Of a DNA stretch of 64,000 nt, positions 37,594 to 46,435 are shown piece after piece. The translations under genes were made by a program, and so were the position numbers. The notes under the pieces were generated by a model. That model made no database searches, was not told the origin of the DNA, and saw nothing but the letters and a program-made list of their open reading frames with translations. The stretch comes from Fibrobacterales bacterium (GTDB lineage Bacteria; Fibrobacterota; Fibrobacteria; Fibrobacterales; JAOPTW01). Each line of letters opens with the position of its first letter. The first letter of the stretch is position 1. The stretch is from positions 62,043 through 126,042 of the forward strand of contig JAOPTW010000011.1 in assembly GCA_051532035.1 (NCBI GenBank), read 5' to 3'.

Positions 37594-39558
37594 CTATGTG
37601 TTTTCACCGGATATTGAATCGGCAATGTTGGTTATGTGCTGGTTAATATGTTGAAATGACTGTGATATATTTTCCATGTATGAATTCATTTCATCGGTTG
37701 ACACAGATTGTTCGGTAACAGCAGTGGCGATAATACTTTGATACTCCTGCAGTTTAGTAAGAACATTGGTTATTTCAGCAAGAGTTGTAACGGTGTGTGT
37801 AACATTAGATTTCATCTCTTCAACGTGTTCTTTTATTTCATCTGTAGCACCTGCAGTTCGCTTTGCCAGCTCTTTAACTTCACTAGCAACAACAGCAAAA
37901 CCTTTTCCGGATTCGCCTGCAGAAGCAGCTTCAATTGTAGCATTCAACGCTAATAGAGAGAGCATATCGGCAGTATCGGTAATCATGTTGACTATTTTTG
38001 AAATTTTATCACCGGAGGTTTCCAGGTTTTTAATAACATGAGTAGAGCTTGCTGCAAGTTCAGCTCCGCTATCAGATAAATTTTTGGATTCGAGTGTGTT
38101 TTGTGAAATCTCCGAAATTGTCTGTGATAACTCTTCCATGCTTGCTTTCACCGTTGCTACAGTAGAATTTACCGTATCTGAGGATTCCTTGATCTCAGAA
38201 ATCGCCGATGTTTCAAGTGAGCGCGAATTTATTTCGTCCATAAGTATATGAGACTCTTTAAGCATATGGTGATGGCAATTTTCTGGCTTATTTAAACCGT
38301 TGTGAATAGCTGTTGCCATATCTTCGCATTTACCATAACCGCAGGCGTTGCAGTTAAACATATCTGCTTCGGTCTCTTTACCCATTGATAGATAAATGTT
38401 TTGAACGTCTTGTGTATTGGGAGTTTGAATAGTATTATTTGAACTTTTATCGGTATACGTTCTACTGTAGAGCCCTGGCTTCCAGTGACTGTTAACGAGC
38501 TTCTCAAGTTCTTTCTGGGTTTTTAACTCCCCTTTACGGCCACTTTTTTTGTACAGCGCCTGCATCTCTTGGTTTCTTTTCTCAACAAAATATTCAATAT
38601 CATCAGGAGATTTGTGTGAATTTCCCGTTCCCGGCCCGCCATTACAACCAAGGTCACAATTTAGGCAATCTATTAATACCGGCTGTCTTCCTTTATTAAT
38701 TACATCATCAAGCTTTTCAAGATATTCATAAATTACTTCTGGGCCCTCTATTTTCCTCGTGATCTGATCGATATCTCTGTTCCATCTTTGCGCTGTTCTC
38801 AACAATCCCCCAGGGGTAGAAAATAGAACCCCTCTCTCTGCAGGAGGATTTGAGTAATCCTCTTTTGGAAAGCGGTTTATATTAATGTTATTCTCTTGGA
38901 GGTGCTCTTTAAATGCCTTCATAGTAACATTGAAGTCACCAATAGTGTCATCAAACTCACGTTTTTTAGCAACACACGGTGAAACAATAAGAACTTTATG
39001 GTATTTGTATTCCGGATAATACTCTTTAAGAAGTTTTACTGTGTGGAGCATTGGGCTGTCGGCTGGTGCAAGATGATCAATAAGTTCAGGATGATAAATT
39101 TCAATAAAGGAGACGAGCGAGGGGCAGGGCTGCGAGATTACTGTTTCTGGACTATTTTTTTCAACATGATCCAGGTAAGATTTTATAGTGAGTTCTGCCC
39201 CAAAACTAACATCAAAAAAACCATCAACGCCAAGAGACTTTAAATACCCGTTAAATTCCAGATAAGCATCGGGAAAAACAGCGGCAATAGCAGGAGCAAC
39301 AATGGCAACAATTTTATCACCCTTTTTTACTGCTTGCTGAAAAGAGTCCATGTCATCAACTCCAACCCTGGCTTCATGGGTGCAATGCTTCAAGCACTGA
39401 CCGCAACCCAAACACATATTATCATTTAACTGTACAGTGTCACCAGATCCGTCATTACAATATTTTACCGGGCACACAGCGATACACGTGTGACAATTAT
39501 TACATTTTTCATCAATGACAGAAATGACTTTTGCTAAGTTGTGCATACAATACCCCAT
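37594..39558 (-). CDS. Soluble chemoreceptor with 2x[4Fe-4S] ferredoxin, [FeFe]-hydrogenase-like domain and MCP signalling domain
   Basis: CNNCHTCIAVCP and CLGCGQCLKHC clusters. H-cluster-like motifs ISQPCPS, VSPCVAKKRE, IDCLNCDLGCNGGPG. C-terminal MCP hairpin [38 protein letters not shown]. No TM helix. AAGAGG RBS upstream of 39558. Confidence 0.85.
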   Translation of the reverse strand: MGYCMHNLAKVISVIDEKCNNCHTCIAVCPVKYCNDGSGDTVQLNDNMCLGCGQCLKHCTHEARVGVDDMDSFQQAVKKGDKIVAIVAPAIAAVFPDAYLEFNGYLKSLGVDGFFDVSFGAELTIKSYLDHVEKNSPETVISQPCPSLVSFIEIYHPELIDHLAPADSPMLHTVKLLKEYYPEYKYHKVLIVSPCVAKKREFDDTIGDFNVTMKAFKEHLQENNININRFPKEDYSNPPAERGVLFSTPGGLLRTAQRWNRDIDQITRKIEGPEVIYEYLEKLDDVINKGRQPVLIDCLNCDLGCNGGPGTGNSHKSPDDIEYFVEKRNQEMQALYKKSGRKGELKTQKELEKLVNSHWKPGLYSRTYTDKSSNNTIQTPNTQDVQNIYLSMGKETEADMFNCNACGYGKCEDMATAIHNGLNKPENCHHHMLKESHILMDEINSRSLETSAISEIKESSDTVNSTVATVKASMEELSQTISEISQNTLESKNLSDSGAELAASSTHVIKNLETSGDKISKIVNMITDTADMLSLLALNATIEAASAGESGKGFAVVASEVKELAKRTAGATDEIKEHVEEMKSNVTHTVTTLAEITNVLTKLQEYQSIIATAVTEQSVSTDEMNSYMENISQSFQHINQHITNIADSISGENT

Positions 39559-39846
39559 TGGTTGCCTCTTTTAAAGTAACCTTTTTAGCTATGGGTGATA
39601 TATGAAAAGTGAATAATTGTAAAGAAACTATTTACATGCGTAGCCAGTGCAGTGTGTGCGTTATTTAATCACAGCAGAGTGTGGGCTTGTTGATAGAAGT
39701 ATTTCCGGTTTTAATTGAGCTCCCAATTTTGTATGTACCATACAGAAGATTCAATTTCCCCATCTTACTGAAAGGAATAACTGCAAAATAAATATGTACT
39801 ATTCAGTATATATATTAGTACATAGAATGTTTTTTGGTTATTGCTA

Positions 39847-40491
39847 ATGAAGCAGATACTGTATTTTGTGATACTCTTGCCAATCATTGAATTGATTGTT
39901 GCCTGTTGTCATTCGAGTCCTCATACTTACGTAGTAGACCCAGGAGTCCCAGCAATTTCCATTATTGATTTTCGTGGGGAAGCCCCCGAGGACGTGACCG
40001 GTTTTGGAGTCGGGAATAAAAGTTTGGGTATTAGACTTGAGTTAGCACTGGAGGTTGTTGAAAATTTAGAGGTAGCAATGGTAGGGAGTAGTGTGTATGC
40101 GACTACATGCCCAATGCCAGAGCTCAACTATCAACACATCGACTCAATAAGTGATATTGTTTTTAAAACAGTGTATTCGCTGAATGACTCTGTTCCAGAA
40201 GGTTCAGATATCACTCATTTATTCAAAGGTTTTGTAGATAAGTCGGGAAAACCATTGTATCAATATCAGTCCATTCAACGTTTTCTTGATCATCAGTATC
40301 TACAGGCAAGCTACAAAAACGATTTTTCATCAGAATTGAAAGTGTACTATGATTTTATGCTCATGACTGATATCACAAATAATGTAGTCAAGCTTGAGGT
40401 CGAAATCACACTCACCAATGGAAATACTTTTTCTTTAGAAACTACAGAAGTAACCGTCGACCAAATCGCCCTTCTATCGGTACAGTATTGA
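39847..40491 (+). CDS. Lipoprotein, function unknown
   Basis: The track start 39841 is TTG. ATG 39847 gives MKQILYFVILLPIIELIVACC (lipobox). 4-nt overlap with the next gene. Confidence 0.6.
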   Translation: MKQILYFVILLPIIELIVACCHSSPHTYVVDPGVPAISIIDFRGEAPEDVTGFGVGNKSLGIRLELALEVVENLEVAMVGSSVYATTCPMPELNYQHIDSISDIVFKTVYSLNDSVPEGSDITHLFKGFVDKSGKPLYQYQSIQRFLDHQYLQASYKNDFSSELKVYYDFMLMTDITNNVVKLEVEITLTNGNTFSLETTEVTVDQIALLSVQY

Positions 40492-41288
40492 TGAAATTAG
40501 TATTCACAAGTGTGCTTTGCTTTTGTTTGACGGGGGTACCGGTTCTAGGGAGTGATTTATTAGATTCGTTTACGTTACGCGAATGTAGGTACAATATGTC
40601 AATAGGGGGGCATGGTTATATATCCAATGTTCCTACTCATACAAAAACAGACCCTGTTATCAATACGCTATCAGGTGGTATCTATTTTAGCCCAATATCC
40701 GTGAGTCTAATCTGGCAATCAAGTTTGGGAGTGACGGGATCAATATCAGCAATCAGAGAATCATCATTTTACAGTGCTCCTAATCTAGATACTGTAAACG
40801 CTAAAGAATACCCAGAGTTTTACAGTAGTGGATCTTTCTTGAGAGATCAAACAACCAAAAAAGGCTTTTCCCCTTCATTCCTTGTAATGGCTGGCCCATT
40901 ATATAAGCACACGTATTCAGATACAAAGACGTCTGTTACAGGATCTATCCAAATTGGGCTGCATACAATAGACATACGAGATACAGAATTTTATTTGAAA
41001 GAGAAAAACACTCATACTATTGTACACCACTCTTACACAAAAGAGGACTCAGAGGTATCATATCTACTCCTTGCTGACCTACTCTATGGTATTGAATGGA
41101 AAAAGAATATCGAATTCACCTTAGGGTGCTCATATAGTGTCACCTTTTTGGATCTCACTATTCTTGATACAGAACGTAATTTAGTTACCGAAACAAATAC
41201 TGTTACACGCTATCACTATGATAAACCAATACATTCACTTATTCTAAAAGTGGGAATGTCTATAGAGATCGCGCACCTATTACCCTAG
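40488..41288 (+). CDS. Secreted protein, possibly an outer-membrane beta-barrel
   Basis: Signal peptide. Alternating-hydrophobicity strands throughout. ATGA overlap with 39847..40491. Its 3' end is duplicated at 46187-46273. Confidence 0.6.
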   Translation: MMKLVFTSVLCFCLTGVPVLGSDLLDSFTLRECRYNMSIGGHGYISNVPTHTKTDPVINTLSGGIYFSPISVSLIWQSSLGVTGSISAIRESSFYSAPNLDTVNAKEYPEFYSSGSFLRDQTTKKGFSPSFLVMAGPLYKHTYSDTKTSVTGSIQIGLHTIDIRDTEFYLKEKNTHTIVHHSYTKEDSEVSYLLLADLLYGIEWKKNIEFTLGCSYSVTFLDLTILDTERNLVTETNTVTRYHYDKPIHSLILKVGMSIEIAHLLP

Positions 41289-41347
41289 CTAATGATATTT
41301 GTTTTTCTTTTATGTCGGCTGGGCGTTACTCAGTCTGAGGTTGTTCA

Positions 41348-41851
41348 TCACGGTATTTCGGGTGGCAAAAAGGCATCGGGAAAACGTGTCCCATACTTTT
41401 CCATAAACTTTTCTTGATCTACTTTGTGATAACACTCTTCCCAATACTCTTTACTGAACTCATCACCGCAGTGTTTGGCCAGGTTGAGTTCTGCAAAAGC
41501 TTTAAAGTAGTCTTTCATCTTCATTAACACTCTAATATGTACTGTGTTCAATTGGCTTTCGATATTGAGATCTGCATTTTCACCATCATTAAAGGTAAAC
41601 ATAAGAGCGGTAGAGCAGCAGTCTTTTGCGTCGTCATATTTTTTGAGTTGTTCAAAGCAGAGTGCCTGGTGAAGGAGTACTTCAGCTCTCATATCTCGTG
41701 AAAGATCATCGAGGAACTGGATTCTATTAAAATCTTCTCCAGCTTTTTCATATTCACATAAAATTTCTGAAATGCAGGCTCGTTGAAAGAGAAGGTCTGC
41801 GATGCCGATAGTGTCTAAATCTAGATGAGGAAAAATTGTACTGTAATCCAC
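41348..41851 (-). CDS. Cytoplasmic helical-repeat (TPR-like) protein
   Basis: 167 aa, all-helical, with TPR-like Ala/Tyr spacing (LHQALCFEQLKKYDDAKDCCSTAL). A fragment related to its 3' end occurs at 35519-35570. Confidence 0.55.
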   Translation of the reverse strand: MDYSTIFPHLDLDTIGIADLLFQRACISEILCEYEKAGEDFNRIQFLDDLSRDMRAEVLLHQALCFEQLKKYDDAKDCCSTALMFTFNDGENADLNIESQLNTVHIRVLMKMKDYFKAFAELNLAKHCGDEFSKEYWEECYHKVDQEKFMEKYGTRFPDAFLPPEIP

Positions 41852-42170
41852 TGTGTACCTTCTGGAGTATTTGTGATATTGAAGATACTACTATTGTTTT
41901 AAAAAAAGTACTGTCAGAATTGATGATTTTAAAATATGAGAAATTTTAGGCTGTTGGTATTAATGGACTACGCCTCCTTAAAGAGTAACAGTACTTTGAC
42001 TGTTTCGATTACAAGATTGTACAAGGTAATGATTTGTCTATACAGCTTTGTTAGTCTGGCGAATGAATGGTAATGAGGTTCTATATTCAACAGTAGGTTG
42101 AGACAGAATGGATCTGACACACATATAGATGGCCATTACATTGAGGGTCAAACAGTATAAAAGGAAAAAT

Positions 42171-43148
42171 ATGAATACAATAAAATGGGGACTTGTTGGC
42201 ATCGCGATATCGTTGTTCGTGGGCTGTGACCTAATGAACGATGAATCAGGGGATGCTGCAACGGGGAGTAATGCTGATTCAGCAAGTGCGCGTGATGAAG
42301 TAATTGCTGCTGATAGTCTGGTGACTTCGTTGCTTAATGAAAATGATGAATGTGTGTCTGTGGAGTGCCTTGCTGCAAAAGATAGCTTAGCGATGGCGGC
42401 ACAGAATTTACAGACGGTTATTGAGGGCGGGTCGTATGTTCATACAGTAATGGCCTATGATAGAGACAGTGTATCGATTTCGGGTGATACTATTACCGTT
42501 TTCGATAAAGATTATAGCTGTGATAATGATGTTATTTCTTCCTATAACTATAAGAATAATCATCTATTTACTCTAACAAACAATACACTTTCTATTCAAG
42601 AAGAGTGGGAGTGTGAAAAAAAGCATTTTAGTGGAACGGGTACCACTCCATTGGGATCGTGGAGTTATACTGGAGAAGACTATATGCTTGATAGCTTAAA
42701 TTGTACTGGTGAGAGAGACGGTATCTCTTTTGAAACGTATAAACTATCAGAAGAGTTGAATATTACTGAGACTCAATTTGAACGCGTAAGAAGCTGGAAT
42801 TTTAATTGTTATGTTGATGATTTTGCAATAGAGCATGAGTATAGTGATAGACCAGAAACCTTTGAAAAAGTGGATTGTAGTACGTGGACACTTTCTATTA
42901 ACGGAAAAGTATCTACAGAGAGTATTACATTTGCACCAACTCTTGTGACAGAAACAAAAACCATTACTTACAAAACGCATAATTGTACTGAGAATGACAT
43001 GAACGAGATGGATAGAAGAAACCTTCCGGTTCCCACAACTTGTGCCGACCTACAGGATGATGGTGAAGATGCAAATGAGTGTATGCAGGCTCTTTTTACA
43101 GAATACTGTCTGGACTTTCCTGAGTCTAATAGTTGTGGTGATCACTAA
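42171..43148 (+). CDS. Cys-rich lipoprotein, function unknown
   Basis: The internal ATG at 42171 (RBS AAAGGA) gives MNTIKWGLVGIAISLFVGCD (lipobox). Many paired Cys residues. Confidence 0.65.
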   Translation: MNTIKWGLVGIAISLFVGCDLMNDESGDAATGSNADSASARDEVIAADSLVTSLLNENDECVSVECLAAKDSLAMAAQNLQTVIEGGSYVHTVMAYDRDSVSISGDTITVFDKDYSCDNDVISSYNYKNNHLFTLTNNTLSIQEEWECEKKHFSGTGTTPLGSWSYTGEDYMLDSLNCTGERDGISFETYKLSEELNITETQFERVRSWNFNCYVDDFAIEHEYSDRPETFEKVDCSTWTLSINGKVSTESITFAPTLVTETKTITYKTHNCTENDMNEMDRRNLPVPTTCADLQDDGEDANECMQALFTEYCLDFPESNSCGDH

Positions 43149-43172
43149 TTAAATTATTGTATTGTTATGTAG

Positions 43173-43203
43173 AGCACTCATCAATCGATGGGTGCTTTTT
43201 TTG
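43173..43203 (+). terminator. Rho-independent terminator
   Basis: 10-bp stem agcactcatc / gatgggtgct with one G-U pair, loop aatc, then an 8-T run. Confidence 0.85.
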
Positions 43204-43227
43204 TATCGGTGTAGTGGCTGAACTTAT

Positions 43228-43320
43228 AATACCTAATGTATCCTTCTAACACAATGTGGGCTCAATTGTGGGCAAGGGAATGGGCAAGGGAATGGGCAAG
43301 GGTATTGGTTGGGAGACTCC
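43228..43320. repeat. Junction motif R1, copy a (AATACCTAATGTnTnnTTCTAACACAATGTrrG plus ~60 nt shared with copy c)
   Basis: Matches 53381-53470 over ~90 nt and 47176-47215 over ~35 nt. Confidence 0.85.
43270..43305. repeat. 12-nt microsatellite (GGGCAAGGGAAT)x3
   Basis: gggcaagggaat gggcaagggaat gggcaagggtat. The homologous copy at 53427-53438 has a single unit. Confidence 0.9.
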
Positions 43321-43424
43321 ATGGTTGTGAAGGGACGAATATACTTTGTAGAACCCACCCATCCATGAGTTGCTGATTTTACTATATTCAGCATATGTTT
43401 TATTGCAACTAATGGGTCACACAT

Positions 43425-43934
43425 ATGTCTTTACAGCAAATATCATATTTGATTATTCGAATATATACTTTTTACCAAATAATTATCCACTTGATTTCTG
43501 GTGTTACGATTTTTGGACAAATGGTTTTTTATAACGGAGATGAATATGGAGACTATATGTCGGGGAACTTTTATTCCGGTTTATTCTTTAGTATAGTACT
43601 CACTGGTATATTCGTTTTATTATTTAAAAATGCTGAAAAGTTGAGTTCCTTCTTAATTAAGCAAGATGATGAAATAGATGTAAATTTGGGTTTTGTTCGT
43701 GATATTTCATTAAAAATTGTTGGTGCATTTGCAGTTGTATTCTCTTTGCCTGAGGTTGTAGAAAAGATAAGTACATTAGTTTTTAAGTATCAATTGCTTG
43801 GTTTGTCTGATTTCAAGCCTTTTGATTTTTGGCCAAGTTTTATCGCTCATGGTGTAACTTTGGCATTAGGTGGATTGATAATAAAGGGTGATATCGCATT
43901 TGTCAAACCAAATAACAAGCCGGTAGAGGGGTAA
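43425..43934 (+). CDS. Small membrane protein (4 TM)
   Basis: 169 aa with hydrophobic helices. Bounded by R1 upstream and R2/R3 downstream. Confidence 0.55.
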   Translation: MSLQQISYLIIRIYTFYQIIIHLISGVTIFGQMVFYNGDEYGDYMSGNFYSGLFFSIVLTGIFVLLFKNAEKLSSFLIKQDDEIDVNLGFVRDISLKIVGAFAVVFSLPEVVEKISTLVFKYQLLGLSDFKPFDFWPSFIAHGVTLALGGLIIKGDIAFVKPNNKPVEG

Positions 43935-43937
43935 CTA

Positions 43938-44007
43938 TAGTGGCCGCTCATTTGAGACACCCGAAACTGATTTTTTAATTATAAACGAATCGATTTTCCA
44001 TGATACA
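43938..44007. repeat. Junction motifs R2+R3, copy (GTGGCCGCTCATTTGAGACAC + CCGAAACTGATTTTTTAATTATAAACGAATCGATTTTCCATGATACAG)
   Basis: ~80% identical to 58058-58133. R2 alone also occurs at 43212-43230 and 53046-53068. Confidence 0.8.
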
Positions 44008-44159
44008 GAAAAAATTCTTCATTAAATGGATATTTTGACCTGAGACAAGGGGCTCCGGTGAACGTTGGATATGGGAATTGGCAGTGCCTCTATTGGGGAG
44101 GCTGCATGAATATGCAGAGACGAAATGTAATAGAAGATTGTGGAATAAGGAAGAAAATA

Positions 44160-44642
44160 TTATTTGATTTTAATGAATCCATCCCAGTATATAATATCTA
44201 AAGTGTCATTATAAACTTGATAACCATATGCAGTGGCTGGATTATTACACCAATCTTCAGTGTGACGGGAAAGTTCATTTGTGTTAGATTGGTCAAAATC
44301 TAGCTTCTCTAAATATTGGTTGTATGTTACCACCTCATTTAATTCTGTGTTATATTCCCAGGGAATGCATATGTATTGTTTGTCGCTTAAAAGGTTATTG
44401 TTATCTATAAAGTATGGATAATATACAGTGTCAGTTTCTGTATGGATAGATAGTATTGAATCTGAATTTATTATTAATGTATCATTCCAGCCTAATTTAT
44501 CACGATATCCAACTACTCCTTCATGTGATCTAAAAAAATTAACGTATGTACCATAAATACTGGGTTTACTATTGCTTGTATTTTGGGTGATACATGAGCT
44601 GAATATTATGATAATAAGTGCTGATAATAAAAGAAATTTCAT
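44160..44642 (-). CDS. Small lipoprotein, function unknown
   Basis: Lipobox IIFSSCI. 160 aa. Confidence 0.6.
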   Translation of the reverse strand: MKFLLLSALIIIIFSSCITQNTSNSKPSIYGTYVNFFRSHEGVVGYRDKLGWNDTLIINSDSILSIHTETDTVYYPYFIDNNNLLSDKQYICIPWEYNTELNEVVTYNQYLEKLDFDQSNTNELSRHTEDWCNNPATAYGYQVYNDTLDIIYWDGFIKIK

Positions 44643-44841
44643 AATGATTTATTCGTATTTTGAGAGTTGTTCATAGCTAATGTAGTAATTGTTGTTTTGT
44701 TTTACATCGAGTAAGAGTACAGACTTCATTCTATCGGTGGTGTCAATATTTGGCGAACTGAATGTATCTTTGGTCAAGTGGGATGTTTCCTAAATGTCGC
44801 GTTAGTGGGGGTGTGGTACCTCTATTGCGAATCACACCAAG

Positions 44842-45141
44842 TTACAGCGCCCTACGCAACTCAGTCATTTGGTCCACTACCTCCTTGCCATCTGTACCCT
44901 CAACCCCCACCGCCTTCAACCTCTTCTTCTTTAAATACTGCAGCCTCGCATACTGGCTATTAAACTCCTTGCGTACTTCTGGGGAGTCTTGAAAGGCTCC
45001 ATCTATCCAGTTTCTAATCTCTCGTTCAGTTGTTCGTAGGAGTGAAATACACTGGTCGCGGATGGTTTTGTAATCAGTTGCTAGTGGGAACGCTCTCCCG
45101 AGTAAGGCAAGTTCTACGATATTTTTCAGCACACCGTCCAT
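44842..45141 (-). pseudogene. Truncated, internally deleted copy of the 272-275-aa multi-copy gene family
   Basis: MDGVLKNIVELALLGRAFPL|ATDYKTIRDQCISLLR..IRNWIDGAFQDSPEVRKEFNSQYARLQYLKKKRLKA matches aa ~152-172 and ~205-262 of 54658..55485. It lacks the N-terminal 150 aa and the central block. Confidence 0.75.
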
Positions 45142-45234
45142 AGTTTTTGGTCGTGCTAGAATTTGTTATAGGTAGCATTAAGGGGACTAATATTTTAGAT
45201 TTAGTAAAGACGTCATTTAACTTGCTCAAAAGTC

Positions 45235-45741
45235 ATGAATCATTTCAGTGTGCCAAAAATAATAGTATTTCTTCTCGTATTCGTTGGCATGTCGATATGT
45301 AATGAAATAGGGGTGAAGTTTCGATCGATTAACCCAAGTAGTGATAACATAATTTCAGTATCATTTCCTGATATCGTTTATAAAGTAAATATTGGTGACC
45401 GTTACTCAATAGGTATTGTTTTTGAAGAGGATGTATATAGTTCAGTATTTAGCGAAAACGAATATACTGCAGCTTTTTCATCATTTTTTGAGTTTAGGTC
45501 TCAAAACAAAATAGGTTTTGAATTTGAACATGGTCCTGGAATACGTGTAAAATATTCAAATTATAATTCTGAGTTTAAGTTGGTACCCGCTGTCATGTAT
45601 TTGTTAGAACTGAATTATTATTTTAATGAGGATGTTTATGTAGGACTGGGAGGCCGTCCATATCACGAATGGGATATTTGGGAAAAGAATATTCAAGCTA
45701 ATCTCCCCGCTTTGGATTTAGGTCTACTATACTGTTTTTAG
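45235..45741 (+). CDS. Small secreted protein, beta-barrel-like (C-terminal ...GLLYCF)
   Basis: Signal peptide, alternating hydrophobic strands, terminal Phe. Confidence 0.55.
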   Translation: MNHFSVPKIIVFLLVFVGMSICNEIGVKFRSINPSSDNIISVSFPDIVYKVNIGDRYSIGIVFEEDVYSSVFSENEYTAAFSSFFEFRSQNKIGFEFEHGPGIRVKYSNYNSEFKLVPAVMYLLELNYYFNEDVYVGLGGRPYHEWDIWEKNIQANLPALDLGLLYCF

Positions 45742-45893
45742 ATATAGCAAACATGGGAACGGTATCTGCTACCCATAAACTATGACTCTATATCAAATCA
45801 AGGATAACGTCAATGGGTAGGTGTTGTAAACTAGCTTTAGGAAGTCTCATTGAGTAGGGTTTGAGTGAATATGCTCAGCCACTATAGGAATCA

Positions 45894-46145
45894 CTATTTA
45901 GCCTTTAACTTTTTAAGAAATTTATCAACTGACTTTTTATAAGAGTTATCATATTTCTTTTCGCAGGTTAACATTTTGGCAAAAAGATCGGTAGCACCAA
46001 TATAATAGGTGACACACCCTGTGCCATCATCTTTGTGGGCTCTTAGCTTTTCAAAGGGCTTCCCTTTAAGTTTATTATACACTTTGCCATTAGGGTAGTA
46101 GGAGGCGAAGTCTTTTACCGTTTTACGTGAACTTTTCCCTTTCAT
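45894..46145 (-). CDS. Small basic hypothetical protein (83 aa)
   Basis: Lys-rich and without a signal peptide. Support is the ORF itself and codon-usage appearance only. Confidence 0.4.
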   Translation of the reverse strand: MKGKSSRKTVKDFASYYPNGKVYNKLKGKPFEKLRAHKDDGTGCVTYYIGATDLFAKMLTCEKKYDNSYKKSVDKFLKKLKAK

Positions 46146-46186
46146 TTTAGTTGAATAGGGGCCATAGGTAATGTGGTATTACTATA

Positions 46187-46273
46187 ATAAACCAACGCAT
46201 TCTCTCATTCTCAAAGTGGGAATGTCTATCGAGATAGCACACTTGTTACGCTAGCTAAAGATATTTGTTTTTC
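46187..46273 (+). pseudogene. 3'-terminal remnant of a paralog of gene 40488..41288
   Basis: 87 nt, ~85% identical to 41221-41307. That region covers the last ~22 codons, the stop and 20 nt downstream (..aagtgggaatgtctat.gagat.gc.cac.t.ttac.ctagctaa.gatatttgtttttc). Confidence 0.8.
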
Positions 46274-46435
46274 ATATATATATGAAAACGTCGCTATATA
46301 GAATGTCTCAAGCGGCATTGTATAATGATTCACCAACAGGAGGCGGAGGCTATTTGTAGTCATGTATATTGGGGATGTATATTTTCTGTTCAGGTTTCTA
46401 TTATTAAGTAATTGGTACTATTAATGGTTTATTAC

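Noticed and set aside
43233-43424. 63-aa minus-strand ORF containing PCPFPCPFPCP
   Set aside because: It is generated by the (GGGCAAGGGAAT)3 microsatellite inside repeat R1 and has no coding-like features otherwise.
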